A stretch of DNA of 64,000 bases from Marispirochaeta sp. (GTDB lineage: Bacteria > Spirochaetota > Spirochaetia > JC444 > Marispirochaetaceae): positions 576,001-640,000 of the forward strand of contig CAXXFF010000001.1 of NCBI GenBank assembly GCA_963676835.2, in the 5' to 3' direction. Made by a program: the position numbers and the translations under genes. Under the pieces are notes generated by a model that had not been told where the DNA came from, did not search any database, and saw only the letters and a program-made list of their open reading frames with translations. Shown piece after piece: positions 18,826 to 28,395 of the stretch (position 1 is its first letter; each line of letters starts with the position of its first letter).

Positions 18826-19551
18826 TCAAAGATGACCGTCGGTCAAAATAACTATATCAATCCTGCGGTTATACGCCCTGCCCTCGGGAGTATCATTACT
18901 CGCCAGGGGGACAGTATCAGCGAATCCGGCAACCTGAAACTGCTTCTCCGGCACACCATACTGCATAAGATACTTGAGGGTGTTCACCGAACGGGCCGAA
19001 GAGAGCTCCCAGTTGGTCGGCCAGTCACCGTCAGGATCGGTGGGCATGGAATCCGTATGCCCTTCAATTCTGAATTTTCTATCCTCCAGGGAAATCAGAA
19101 GCCTTGATACTTTCTGCAGTGTCTCCCTGGTATTATCGATATCAACCTCCGCCGACGCGGGCCTGAAAAACGAGTCCGCCGCAAGGCTTATTATAAGCCC
19201 CCGTTCATCCTCGGTTATCCTCACCTTTTTGCTCTTAATCTCCGGCTGAAACTGACTGATGGCAAGCTTACGGGCCTTGTCCAGGGCCCGCCCCTTATCC
19301 ATGGAAGGCAGGGACATAATATTATTCCCCAGCTCCGCCAGCTCTCCTGCCTGAAGGGTATTCCCTCCCTCCAGCACACCGAGACCGGAAAAGGCGGCAA
19401 GTATCAGCTTGAGCTGAGAACCGTCCACTTCTGCGGTGGTGTACATCATAACAAAGAAGGTAAGCAGCAGGGTTACCATGTCACCATAGGTGAGCATCCA
19501 GTCTGCGGCACCTTCGGGAGGACATTTTTTACACTTCTTCGGTGCAGCCAT
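18826..19551 (-). CDS. motB: Stator protein MotB
   Basis: WMLTYGDMVTLLLTFFV, EGHTD, NWELSSAR, NRRIDI. Confidence 0.96.
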   Translation of the reverse strand: MAAPKKCKKCPPEGAADWMLTYGDMVTLLLTFFVMMYTTAEVDGSQLKLILAAFSGLGVLEGGNTLQAGELAELGNNIMSLPSMDKGRALDKARKLAISQFQPEIKSKKVRITEDERGLIISLAADSFFRPASAEVDIDNTRETLQKVSRLLISLEDRKFRIEGHTDSMPTDPDGDWPTNWELSSARSVNTLKYLMQYGVPEKQFQVAGFADTVPLASNDTPEGRAYNRRIDIVILTDGHL

Positions 19552-19557
19552 ACTACT

Positions 19558-20340
19558 CTACTCCGCCGCCGATTCCGCCATAATCGCTTCACGCCGTGAA
19601 GGAGGCAGAAAACTGAGAAGTTTAACTTCCAGTATACGCGGGTTGTCTCCGGACTGAATCGAAAGTATTCCTTCGATCATTATTTCCTTGACCAGGGTTT
19701 CAGTTTTATCCCGGTCTTCCAGTTTTCCTTTTATAGGAACAAGCACAAGGTTGGCAACAATTGCACCATACATGGTGGTAATAAGCGCAAGAGCCATACC
19801 AGATCCAATAGCGTCTGCATCGTTAAGGTTGGCAAGCATGGCAATAAGCCCCGCCAGGGTTCCGATCATACCGAATGCAGGGGCGTACTTTCCCCAGTCA
19901 TCAAAGATCTTTATTCCATCTGCATGGCGTTCGTTAATCTGATTAAGTTCGTTATACAGAAGGCTCTTGATAATCTCCGGATCAGTACCGTCGACCACGA
20001 GCTGGATACCTTTTTTCATAAACTCCTGGTCAACTTCCTCAAGATCATCCTCAAGTGCCAGCAGTCCTTCCCGGCGCGCCTTTTCAGAAAAGTTTACCAG
20101 AGTGGAGATTATAGCCTCTTCTCCCCAGTTGGGTACATTCAGGGCAATGTTGACAAACTTCATCATTCCCAGAACCCTGGAAAGGGGGTTGGAAACCATT
20201 AGAGCCGCAAATGAACCACCCACAACCATAAAGATAGATGGGATATCGATATAGGAGCCCATGGAACCACCGGATGTAAGGATGGACATCAGGATCATTA
20301 CAGCCCCGAGTACAACGCCAAGTATCGTTCCTAAATCCAT
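19558..20340 (-). CDS. motA: Stator protein MotA
   Basis: ARREGLLALE, APAFGMIGTL, ALITTMYG, GDNPR. Confidence 0.96.
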   Translation of the reverse strand: MDLGTILGVVLGAVMILMSILTSGGSMGSYIDIPSIFMVVGGSFAALMVSNPLSRVLGMMKFVNIALNVPNWGEEAIISTLVNFSEKARREGLLALEDDLEEVDQEFMKKGIQLVVDGTDPEIIKSLLYNELNQINERHADGIKIFDDWGKYAPAFGMIGTLAGLIAMLANLNDADAIGSGMALALITTMYGAIVANLVLVPIKGKLEDRDKTETLVKEIMIEGILSIQSGDNPRILEVKLLSFLPPSRREAIMAESAAE

Positions 20341-20346
20341 TAAAGG

Positions 20347-20544
20347 CTACTCCTCATTTTTGAATGCCCCTATCTGCCGGCGGTAGTCCACTATAGACGC
20401 AAAAACGGTCTGGTAGTCCTCGCGAACCACCAGCCGTTTGCCCGACAACATTATCAGGGTCGTATCAGGATTGGCTTCGATGTATTCAATCTGATGGGGA
20501 TTTACCCAGTATACTGTTCCATCAAGCCTGCTCACTTCAATCAT
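20347..20544 (-). CDS. flbD: Flagellar FlbD family protein
   Basis: MIEVSRLDG...NPHQIEYIEANPDT.L.MLSGK. Confidence 0.9.
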   Translation of the reverse strand: MIEVSRLDGTVYWVNPHQIEYIEANPDTTLIMLSGKRLVVREDYQTVFASIVDYRRQIGAFKNEE

Positions 20545-20565
20545 TTACGCCCCTATTCTAACCCC

Positions 20566-21960
20566 TTAACGCTTTAAGGTCAAAAGCTCCTGCAGCATCT
20601 GGTCGGAGGTCTGAATGGTCTTGCTGTTGGACTGAAAACCCCTCTGGGTTACAATCATATCAGTAAACTGTTCGGCCAGGTCAACATTACTCATTTCAAG
20701 AGCACCGGCAATAAACTTTCCCTTGCCGGCTACACCGCTGGCGGAAATATTGGCAAAACCGGAGTTGTTGGTTACCACGTAGGTGCTTTCACCGGCTTTT
20801 TCAAGTCCGCCGGGGTTGGTGAAACTTGCAAGCGCCACCTGGGCGATGGTCCGGTTGGTGCCGTTGGAGTAGACACCGGTTATCATACCGGACTGGTCGA
20901 TCTTGAAGCTCTCAAGATAGCCCATGGGGTATCCGTTCTGGCTGAAAGCCTTGGTGGAGCTCTTTTCTGCAAACTGGGTCATGGAATTGACCACACTGCC
21001 GATCTCCCCGAGGTTCAGGTTGAAGGTCTGCCGCAGAACCTCACCGGCTTCGGTGGGGTTGGCATTGGGAACATCAAAGGTGATAGGCACCTGAAGATTT
21101 CCGGTATTGATCAGATCGCCCTGGGCGTCGTTGGCGCTTTCCAGGGTTCCCAGGTTATTGAAGTTAACCGTAAAAGTCGCATCACCGTTGTTTTCCGCCC
21201 CGATTTCCGCCAGGGTATTGGCAGTATCCACGCCGTTTGCATCGGGATCCAGGGTTACCACCGCATCCCAGCTGTTGGGCTGGCCTACGGCTTTGGTAAA
21301 GTTAATGCGCATTGTATGAGTATTACCGAAGCTGTCATAGATTGTCTTGTCGATGGTCCAGGTGTTCTCCAGGGTTTCCGCAGGTCCTGCTCCGGGAGGA
21401 ATCTCGGTGGTTCTCTTGTCCAGGTTACAGGCAAGGCTGACTTCGGTAGTAGCCGCTGCGGGATCCTTGCCGCCGACAGGTATGGTTATATCCCCTACAT
21501 CGGCTGCGGTATTGAGAATAGTAGTACCCTCGACCTGTTCCGCCATCCAGCCCTGAACCTTGAGTCCATTGGCGGGATTAACCAGCAGGCCGGTCTCATC
21601 GATACCGAAAGCTCCCGCCCGGGTAAAGAATTCCTTGTCACCGTTCTTCATCACAAAGAAACCGTTTCCCTGAATAGCCACATCGGTCATAACACCGGTG
21701 GTCTGAAGTGACCCCTGGGTGTGAATGGTATCAATAGAAGCTATAGTCATTCCAAGGCCGACCTGTTTGGGGTTTACACCGCCAAGATCTTCCGTGGGAC
21801 GGGCTGCGCCGGACATGGTCTGTGAGAGCATATCCTGGAAGTTGACCCTTCCCTTTTTAAACCCGATGGTGTTTACATTGGAAATATTGTTTCCAATTAC
21901 ATCCATACGGGTCTGATGATTCTGCAGACCGGATACACCGGCATAAAGTGATCGCATCAT
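20566..21960 (-). CDS. flgE: Flagellar hook protein FlgE
   Basis: [25 protein letters not shown]...QRGFQSN. Confidence 0.97.
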   Translation of the reverse strand: MMRSLYAGVSGLQNHQTRMDVIGNNISNVNTIGFKKGRVNFQDMLSQTMSGAARPTEDLGGVNPKQVGLGMTIASIDTIHTQGSLQTTGVMTDVAIQGNGFFVMKNGDKEFFTRAGAFGIDETGLLVNPANGLKVQGWMAEQVEGTTILNTAADVGDITIPVGGKDPAAATTEVSLACNLDKRTTEIPPGAGPAETLENTWTIDKTIYDSFGNTHTMRINFTKAVGQPNSWDAVVTLDPDANGVDTANTLAEIGAENNGDATFTVNFNNLGTLESANDAQGDLINTGNLQVPITFDVPNANPTEAGEVLRQTFNLNLGEIGSVVNSMTQFAEKSSTKAFSQNGYPMGYLESFKIDQSGMITGVYSNGTNRTIAQVALASFTNPGGLEKAGESTYVVTNNSGFANISASGVAGKGKFIAGALEMSNVDLAEQFTDMIVTQRGFQSNSKTIQTSDQMLQELLTLKR

Positions 21961-21974
21961 ATATCAGTAGCCTC

Positions 21975-22409
21975 CTAGCGCATTACCTTATTTATATCGT
22001 TAACATCATAATAGCAGCCGTTCACCAGAACCTGGGGAAACTCCTTGCCGGACACAGCTTCCACCGTACCCTGGACAGTCTCTTCTCCGCTGATAATTTC
22101 AACTTCCCGGCCAAGGGTATTCATTGCCTTGGCGGAAGCCATAACTCCGGAAAGCTGCCCGAAAGAAGTTGCCATATTGGTCATCTGCTCAAGGGTGGAG
22201 AACTGTGCCATCTGGGCTATGAATTCCTTGTCCTTCATGGGCTCTGTAGGATCCTGATGAGTAAGCTGGGTAATAAGGATTTTCATAAAATCATCCTTGT
22301 CCAGCTCCTGTTTTGACTGCCGGCCCTGATTGACCATCTTGTTGAGCATATCCACCTGCATCTGGGTCTGTGCTTTTTCACCTGCATTCATAGTGGTAGA
22401 TAAATCCAT
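21975..22409 (-). CDS. flgD: Hook capping protein FlgD
   Basis: FMKILITQLTHQDPTEPM..EFIAQMAQFS. Confidence 0.96.
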   Translation of the reverse strand: MDLSTTMNAGEKAQTQMQVDMLNKMVNQGRQSKQELDKDDFMKILITQLTHQDPTEPMKDKEFIAQMAQFSTLEQMTNMATSFGQLSGVMASAKAMNTLGREVEIISGEETVQGTVEAVSGKEFPQVLVNGCYYDVNDINKVMR

Positions 22410-22427
22410 TGCAACTCTCCTGTACGC

Positions 22428-23909
22428 CTATACGTAAACGTTCACCCGGCTGTCGGAAAATAGATCCGAATCAAGCCGTGGAACCTGTTCATCAAATACT
22501 TCACTCACCCTGCGGGAGGAAACCTGACTGGAATCCCTGTCCCGCTGCCCGGAATGCCTGCCATCACGGCCGCCGACGGTTACCTCCAGCCCGGCGGTCT
22601 GAAAACCATGCTCCCGGAAGCTACGGTTAAGCTGTTCCATATTCTCCTGAAAAACTTCCCGTACACTACTATTTTCGACAATTATCCGTCCGCCTATATG
22701 CTTATCGTTGAGATTAAGGCGGATTCTTACTTCACCGAGCTTTTCGGGCTTGAGAATCAGCTTGATTTCTCCCTGATCCTGCTCCTTGAGCATAAACTGG
22801 GCTTTTTTAAGGATTTCACTGTTGCCGCCGTCCCGCAGAGCCCGGGACAATTCGCCGGCAGCACGGGATGTAGTATCAAAGCTTTTGAGGCTTGAAGAAT
22901 CTTCTTTTGAAGAATCGCTGCCGATAACCAGAACCTGCTCACGAAAGGTGCTGTCACCTTCAGTGCGCAGCGGAACCGAGCCGGAATCCCTGGACTCGGC
23001 AACTTCCGGCCGGGCCTGATCTCCCCGCATCCGTGACGCAGTTCCTTCAAGGGAGCCCGCTTTTTTTCCGCGAAGATCCACAACCTCAATCTCCGGACCC
23101 TTTGCCTGTGCAGCTTTAGTTTTATCGGTGCTGTTCTTCCGCGGATCCCCGATTATGCCTGCGGCAATGGCGTCATCCTTCCCGCTCCGAACGGTGTTGT
23201 CACTTCCGGACGATTTCAGTTCCGTACCAGAAGCCCCTGCGGCAGCACCGGATAATGATGCGGTTTCAGCCTGTGCCATACCCTCTTCAGAACCATCAGC
23301 CAGAACAGAAAGCTGCACAGTTTCAGATTCTGCCGCAGGAACATCGGCACTCTGCCTCAGTACAGCCGAGAGTTCTTCTTTAGAAGAGTCAGAATCTGCA
23401 ATTCCCTTTTCTGCGGAAACGGAGGTGAAGCCTGCTGCATTTTTGGAAAGCGGGTTCTTTACCTGAGTTCGTTCATCAGCCCCTGTTGTGTCTGAAGATT
23501 TTTCACGGGTATTCTTTTGTAATCTGTTTTCGGATTTGATACTTTTATCCGCTGCTTCAGAGGCCTCTTTCCGGGATTTTTTCACTTTGCCGTCTGCATC
23601 GGCATTCAAACCGTCAGAAGATGCGCGTGACGGCGACTTCTCCCCTGAAGCGTCTTTGTTTCCATAGGGATCTGCATACTGTTCAGTGTACTCAGTGTTC
23701 GCTGCGCCTGAAGCCTCCCCGGCGGAACCATTTTCGACAGTTCTGTCGTATTCCCGCAATTCCGGGCCGGAACTGTATTGGGCAGACTGCCGGGTATCTT
23801 CGGCTCTGCTCAGATAATCACTGAAGGGAGGTCCGCCGACCTCCGCCGGTGCCGGCAGATTTGCCTGATACTGAGTGTCGAAGGAGAGGATATCTACTGC
23901 TGATATCAT
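22428..23909 (-). CDS. fliK: Hook-length control protein FliK
   Basis: Low-complexity N-terminus; C-domain LILKPEKLGEVRIRL. Confidence 0.9.
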   Translation of the reverse strand: MISAVDILSFDTQYQANLPAPAEVGGPPFSDYLSRAEDTRQSAQYSSGPELREYDRTVENGSAGEASGAANTEYTEQYADPYGNKDASGEKSPSRASSDGLNADADGKVKKSRKEASEAADKSIKSENRLQKNTREKSSDTTGADERTQVKNPLSKNAAGFTSVSAEKGIADSDSSKEELSAVLRQSADVPAAESETVQLSVLADGSEEGMAQAETASLSGAAAGASGTELKSSGSDNTVRSGKDDAIAAGIIGDPRKNSTDKTKAAQAKGPEIEVVDLRGKKAGSLEGTASRMRGDQARPEVAESRDSGSVPLRTEGDSTFREQVLVIGSDSSKEDSSSLKSFDTTSRAAGELSRALRDGGNSEILKKAQFMLKEQDQGEIKLILKPEKLGEVRIRLNLNDKHIGGRIIVENSSVREVFQENMEQLNRSFREHGFQTAGLEVTVGGRDGRHSGQRDRDSSQVSSRRVSEVFDEQVPRLDSDLFSDSRVNVYV

Positions 23910-23918
23910 CTGTTTTAA

Positions 23919-24542
23919 TCATCCTCCTGTAACCTCCGGCTTCTTCAGCATTTTCCTGTTAAGGACCGCTGCTTTTTCCGCAGGCATTAATTGCAGCCAG
24001 TACGAAACAACCGAAGCTTCGCCGGTTTCCCGGGAAATCTGTTCGGTCATACGCAGGATGTCTATAACATCCTGGTCGTCCATCTCTACGAGCCTTGCCA
24101 CAGCAAGCTTCGGATCCATACCGGTAAAGTATGTTGCCGCCTGCCGAAGGTTCGCATTCTTATTTTCGTACTGTTTTACAATTTCATTGAATGATTTTTC
24201 CCTGTCTTCCAGGGCTTTCTCCTGCTCCTTCAGTGCTTCCGCCATCTGAAGCAGCTCTTCCTCCTTGGAAGTAAGCTCTTCTTCCCACTCTGCCAGGGAT
24301 GCTTCGCGGCGGTCCATCTCCTCGTACATCTTGTCCAGACGGGCCTGATCCAGCATCATCGGGGAGCCGGAATCAACCACCTCCTCCGGTGTAGCCAGGC
24401 CGAAAAACGAGAGAATCGGATGCAGTTTTTCCCGGACATCCATTAGTCCCAGGTAGTCAAACCAGAGGAGCCCCCCGAGAAAAAGTATGCCGATAAGCAG
24501 CATTAAAACGAATATTCTGTAGCCCCGGTTTATGGCCCTCAT
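23919..24542 (-). CDS. flbB: Periplasmic flagellar collar protein FlbB
   Basis: TM helix ending WFDYLG, coiled coil, GMDPKLAV, SVVSYWLQLMP; lies between fliJ and fliK. Confidence 0.85.
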   Translation of the reverse strand: MRAINRGYRIFVLMLLIGILFLGGLLWFDYLGLMDVREKLHPILSFFGLATPEEVVDSGSPMMLDQARLDKMYEEMDRREASLAEWEEELTSKEEELLQMAEALKEQEKALEDREKSFNEIVKQYENKNANLRQAATYFTGMDPKLAVARLVEMDDQDVIDILRMTEQISRETGEASVVSYWLQLMPAEKAAVLNRKMLKKPEVTGG

Positions 24543-25018
24543 CTGACTCTCCCTGCCGCACTGCCCGCGACTTCCGCGGCAAACTCAACGTTCCGGGCTG
24601 CAGCACCGGAATTGAGCTCATCAAGCATTGCGATATCAGCTTTTTTCTGTTCTTTATAAAATTCCAGCTGCCGCTTTTCCCTGAGCTTGTCAAAAACCTT
24701 CCGTTCCTTCGAAGCTTCCAGATAGCCCGCCTGTATCTCTTCGCGTTCAGCAGTTAGAACCTGAAGATCCCGGGTATAGGTACTGTCAAGCTGCTCCATG
24801 CGGCGGATGTAATTCTCCGCAGCCGCACACTGACTCAGATCGTTTCCCGCTTCTGCCCTGAGAGTGAAACCTTTCTGCCGCTGGCTGCGGCAGGCATCTA
24901 TCTTCTGCCGGATCTCTTCCATGCGGCCGGTTATTTCTCCCAGCTTAATTTCCCATTCCCGCTCCCGGTACTCTTTCAGTTCAAGCAGCTTCTGCAGTTT
25001 AAAATGAAATTTCCGCAT
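24539..25018 (-). CDS. fliJ: Flagellar export chaperone FliJ
   Basis: MRKFHFKLQKLLELK, coiled coil; follows fliI. Confidence 0.9.
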   Translation of the reverse strand: MRKFHFKLQKLLELKEYREREWEIKLGEITGRMEEIRQKIDACRSQRQKGFTLRAEAGNDLSQCAAAENYIRRMEQLDSTYTRDLQVLTAEREEIQAGYLEASKERKVFDKLREKRQLEFYKEQKKADIAMLDELNSGAAARNVEFAAEVAGSAAGRVR

Positions 25019-26331
25019 CAGGAATCTCCCATACCTGCAAGCCTGCGGAGCTCGCCGAGGGTATCTTCAACATCAGCCTGTTCATCAATGCCCTGCACCA
25101 GAAATTCACGGATGGCCGGCATTTTCTCGATGGCTTCATCAACCAGAGGATTGGCTCCCCGCACGTAGGCGCCGACATTAATCAGGTCTTCAGTTTCGTT
25201 ATAGCCGGCCATAAGCTGCCTCAGCTTACCAGCCGCTTTAAGATCTTCAGAAGAAGCCACTTTGGTTCCCAGCCTTGAAAGGGAATCCAGTACATCGATG
25301 GCCGGATAATGATAGCGCTGGGCAAGGCCCCGGCTCAAAATGATATGACCGTCGAGGATTCCCCGTACAGTGTCCGCCACGGGATCATCCATATCATCTC
25401 CATCAACCAGAATGGTGTAAAAACCGGTAATGGTGCCCTTGTCGGAAGTTCCACAGCGTTCAAGCAGTTTTGGCAGCAGAGAGAATACCGAGGGAGTGTA
25501 TCCCCGGGTGGCCGGAGGTTCGCCCACGGCCAGTCCTATTTCGCGCTGGGCCCGGGCAAAACGGGTAACGGAATCAAAAAGGAGCATTACATCCTTACCC
25601 TGATCACGAAAGTACTCGGCTATGGCGGTGGCCACATAGGCTCCCCGGAGACGAGCCAGCGGTGGTGTATCTGACGAGGAGACAACCAGTACCGAGCGCT
25701 TGAGCCCTTCGGGGCCAAGGTCATTTTCGATAAACTCCCGGACTTCCCGTCCCCGTTCACCTATAAGTGCAATAACGTTGACATCAGCAGAAGTGTTACG
25801 GGCAATCATCCCAAGGAGGGTGGATTTACCTACACCGGAGCCGGAGAAAATTCCCAGACGCTGGCCTTTGCCCACCGGAGTAAAGGCATCCAGGGCACGA
25901 ACACCGGTGATAATCCGATCTTTAATTGTGCTGCGTTTAAGTACGTCAGGTGGTTCCGCAATGGAAGGATAGGAATCGACAGACCCGACGGTGGGACCGT
26001 CATCCATGGGTCTTCCCAGACTGTCCAGGACACGGCCGAGAAGCCGTGGAGAAACAGGAACAGAAAGAGAGGTCCCCAGAGCGGTAACCCGGCATCCCGC
26101 CTCAATACCTTCCATCCCCTGAAAGGGCATCAGCTGCACCGTGTCTTCTGAAAACCCCACGATCTCCGCCGGGACGGTTCCCTTTCCCTTGGGTACATCG
26201 ATGTGACAGAGTTCGCCCACCATGCCGTGGGGCCCGTGGCTCTCTATCATAAGCCCCTTCACCCGCTGTACATGGCCGGTATATTTTATAGGATCAAGAT
26301 CCTCGAGAACTGCATTGTACTTTTCGAACAT
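25018..26331 (-). CDS. fliI: Flagellar export ATPase FliI
   Basis: GSGVGKSTLLGM, GERGREV, DSVTRFA, GEPP..RGY. Confidence 0.97.
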   Translation of the reverse strand: MFEKYNAVLEDLDPIKYTGHVQRVKGLMIESHGPHGMVGELCHIDVPKGKGTVPAEIVGFSEDTVQLMPFQGMEGIEAGCRVTALGTSLSVPVSPRLLGRVLDSLGRPMDDGPTVGSVDSYPSIAEPPDVLKRSTIKDRIITGVRALDAFTPVGKGQRLGIFSGSGVGKSTLLGMIARNTSADVNVIALIGERGREVREFIENDLGPEGLKRSVLVVSSSDTPPLARLRGAYVATAIAEYFRDQGKDVMLLFDSVTRFARAQREIGLAVGEPPATRGYTPSVFSLLPKLLERCGTSDKGTITGFYTILVDGDDMDDPVADTVRGILDGHIILSRGLAQRYHYPAIDVLDSLSRLGTKVASSEDLKAAGKLRQLMAGYNETEDLINVGAYVRGANPLVDEAIEKMPAIREFLVQGIDEQADVEDTLGELRRLAGMGDS

Positions 26332-26379
26332 CCTCCCCTCCCACAGGTCAGGTTCGTTTCTATTCAGCCCGGACGGCGC

Positions 26380-27294
26380 TTAAAAGGTCTCCCCTTTGTC
26401 CCGGATCGGGGCCATTTCCAGTATCTTTTCTTCTATTTCGTTAAACTGCGACTTTATGCGTGCATCGATCTCTCCGAAATCGGTTTCGATAATGCAGCCG
26501 CCCTGATCCACTCTGGAATCTTCAAGCACCGTAATGGATCTGACATTTTCCACCATGCGCATAAAATCCTTGACGTGGTCGGTGGTCAGCTCCACATCTT
26601 CAAGATTTACCCGGAGCACAACATCGCCGCGGCTCTTGAGCTTTCTTAAAGCCTGAATAACATTGTTGATAACCACATTCTTCTGATTTTCAGAAATAAC
26701 CTTGATAACCTTTTTGGCGATAAGCAGTACAAGATTAATAACCTGGGTTTCAGACTCATCGATTATTTCGGTTCGCTTTTCAATGGCGGAACTGATAATA
26801 CCGTGAAGGTGCTTTATAAGCCGCTCAACTTCCGCCTTGCCTTCCTGATATCCTGCTTCCCTACCGGACTCGAATCCTTCGGCATAGGCATTACGTCGTA
26901 TCTCCTCAACCTGGGCTTCCGCCTCTTTGAGTAACGATTCACGCTCCTGTGCCGCAGCCTCGGAAGAACGGGCCGCCTGATCCTCAGCATCCTGACGGAT
27001 CTTTTCACCCTCGTCTGTTTTGTTCTTCAGCACCTGAAAAGCCCGCTCTTCAGCGTCTTTTACAATATTTTCCGCCTCTTCCCTGGCGGAGGAGATCATC
27101 TCAGCCTTTTCCTGCTCCCACTGATCCCGGAACGCTTCAGCCTCCCGCCGCAGATCATCCGCAGTGGGGCCGGTATACTCTTCTGCCGGAATAATTACTT
27201 CTTCGGGAACAACCTCTTTATACGGAGTATCCAGCACAACCCGCTGGGCGGTCATATTGGTAATTTCTGTCGGCCGAAAAACATTTTTTGCCAT
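26380..27294 (-). CDS. fliH: Flagellar assembly protein FliH
   Basis: AxxxG/GxxxG repeats (AYAEGFESGREAGYQEG), GGCIIETDFGEIDA. Confidence 0.95.
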   Translation of the reverse strand: MAKNVFRPTEITNMTAQRVVLDTPYKEVVPEEVIIPAEEYTGPTADDLRREAEAFRDQWEQEKAEMISSAREEAENIVKDAEERAFQVLKNKTDEGEKIRQDAEDQAARSSEAAAQERESLLKEAEAQVEEIRRNAYAEGFESGREAGYQEGKAEVERLIKHLHGIISSAIEKRTEIIDESETQVINLVLLIAKKVIKVISENQKNVVINNVIQALRKLKSRGDVVLRVNLEDVELTTDHVKDFMRMVENVRSITVLEDSRVDQGGCIIETDFGEIDARIKSQFNEIEEKILEMAPIRDKGETF

Positions 27295-27305
27295 TTACCG
27301 ACTCC

Positions 27306-28370
27306 CTACACAACCATTTCATCTTCGCCGGAACGGGCAACAACAATTTCACCCTGATCCTCAAGCTTGCGGATAATGGAAACAATCTTCTGCTGGGTCT
27401 CCTCCACGTCCTTGAGCCGGACAGGTCCCATGTACTCCATCTCTTCCTTGAGCATGCTGGCTGCACGCTTGGACATATTGCGGAAGATCTTGTCCTGAAC
27501 TTCCGCCTCCACGCCGCGGAGCGCCTTGGCAAGCTCTCCGGTATCCACTTCGCGGAGTACCTTCTGAATGGCCCGGTCGTCGAGAAGAACGATATCTTCG
27601 AATACGAACATCCGCTTTTTGATCTCTTCAGCCAGTTCGGGATCTTCTTCCTCAAGGCTTTCTATAATGGTCTTTTCCGTCGAACGGTCTACCATATTGA
27701 GAATTTCAACAATATTTTCAACACCACCGGCAGCGGTATAGTCTTCGGAACTGAGGGTGGAGAGTTTTTTCTCCAGCACCCGCTCAACTTCACGGAGAAT
27801 ATTGGGGTCAGTCCGGTCCATGGTTGCAATACGCCTGGAAACATCCGACTGAACCTCATGGGGCAGACTGGCAAGAATTATCGAAGCCTTCTGAGGCTCA
27901 AGATAAGCCAGTATCAGCGCGATGGTCTGGGGATGTTCCTGCTGAATAAAGTTAAGCAGATGGGCAGGGTCGGTACGCCGGATAAAATCAAAGGGGCGGA
28001 CCTGGAGGGAACTGGTCAGCCTGTTGATAATATCAACCGCCTTCTGGGCACCCAGGGATTTCTCAAGAAGTTCCCGGGCATAATCGATACCGCCGGAGGT
28101 AATAAAGTCCTGAGCCATCATCAGCTCTTTGAACTCCATCAGGACCGTATCCCTGTCCTCGGAATCAATATTATCCAGCCTGGCGATTTCAAAGGTCAAA
28201 GCCTCTATCTCATCTTCCCTGAGGTGTTTGAAAATCTCCGAAGAGATCTCCGACCCCAGGGTGACAAGAAAGATCGCAGCCTTCTGGCGGCCGGTGAGAT
28301 CTTTTTTTATTCCTTTTTTAGGGGCGCCGCCGGCGGCGCCCTGTGCCGCAGCTTTTCCTTGCTTGGCCAT
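27306..28370 (-). CDS. fliG: Flagellar switch protein FliG
   Basis: QKAAIFL, EHPQTIALIL, MFVFED, NMSKRA. Confidence 0.97.
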   Translation of the reverse strand: MAKQGKAAAQGAAGGAPKKGIKKDLTGRQKAAIFLVTLGSEISSEIFKHLREDEIEALTFEIARLDNIDSEDRDTVLMEFKELMMAQDFITSGGIDYARELLEKSLGAQKAVDIINRLTSSLQVRPFDFIRRTDPAHLLNFIQQEHPQTIALILAYLEPQKASIILASLPHEVQSDVSRRIATMDRTDPNILREVERVLEKKLSTLSSEDYTAAGGVENIVEILNMVDRSTEKTIIESLEEEDPELAEEIKKRMFVFEDIVLLDDRAIQKVLREVDTGELAKALRGVEAEVQDKIFRNMSKRAASMLKEEMEYMGPVRLKDVEETQQKIVSIIRKLEDQGEIVVARSGEDEMVV

Positions 28371-28395
28371 ATATCAAGTCTCCTTAACAGAATAC

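Noticed and set aside
23933..23961. Internal sigma-28 promoter before fliK
   Set aside because: The best match (TAAC-N17-GCCGGAGG) is too weak and lies in coding sequence.
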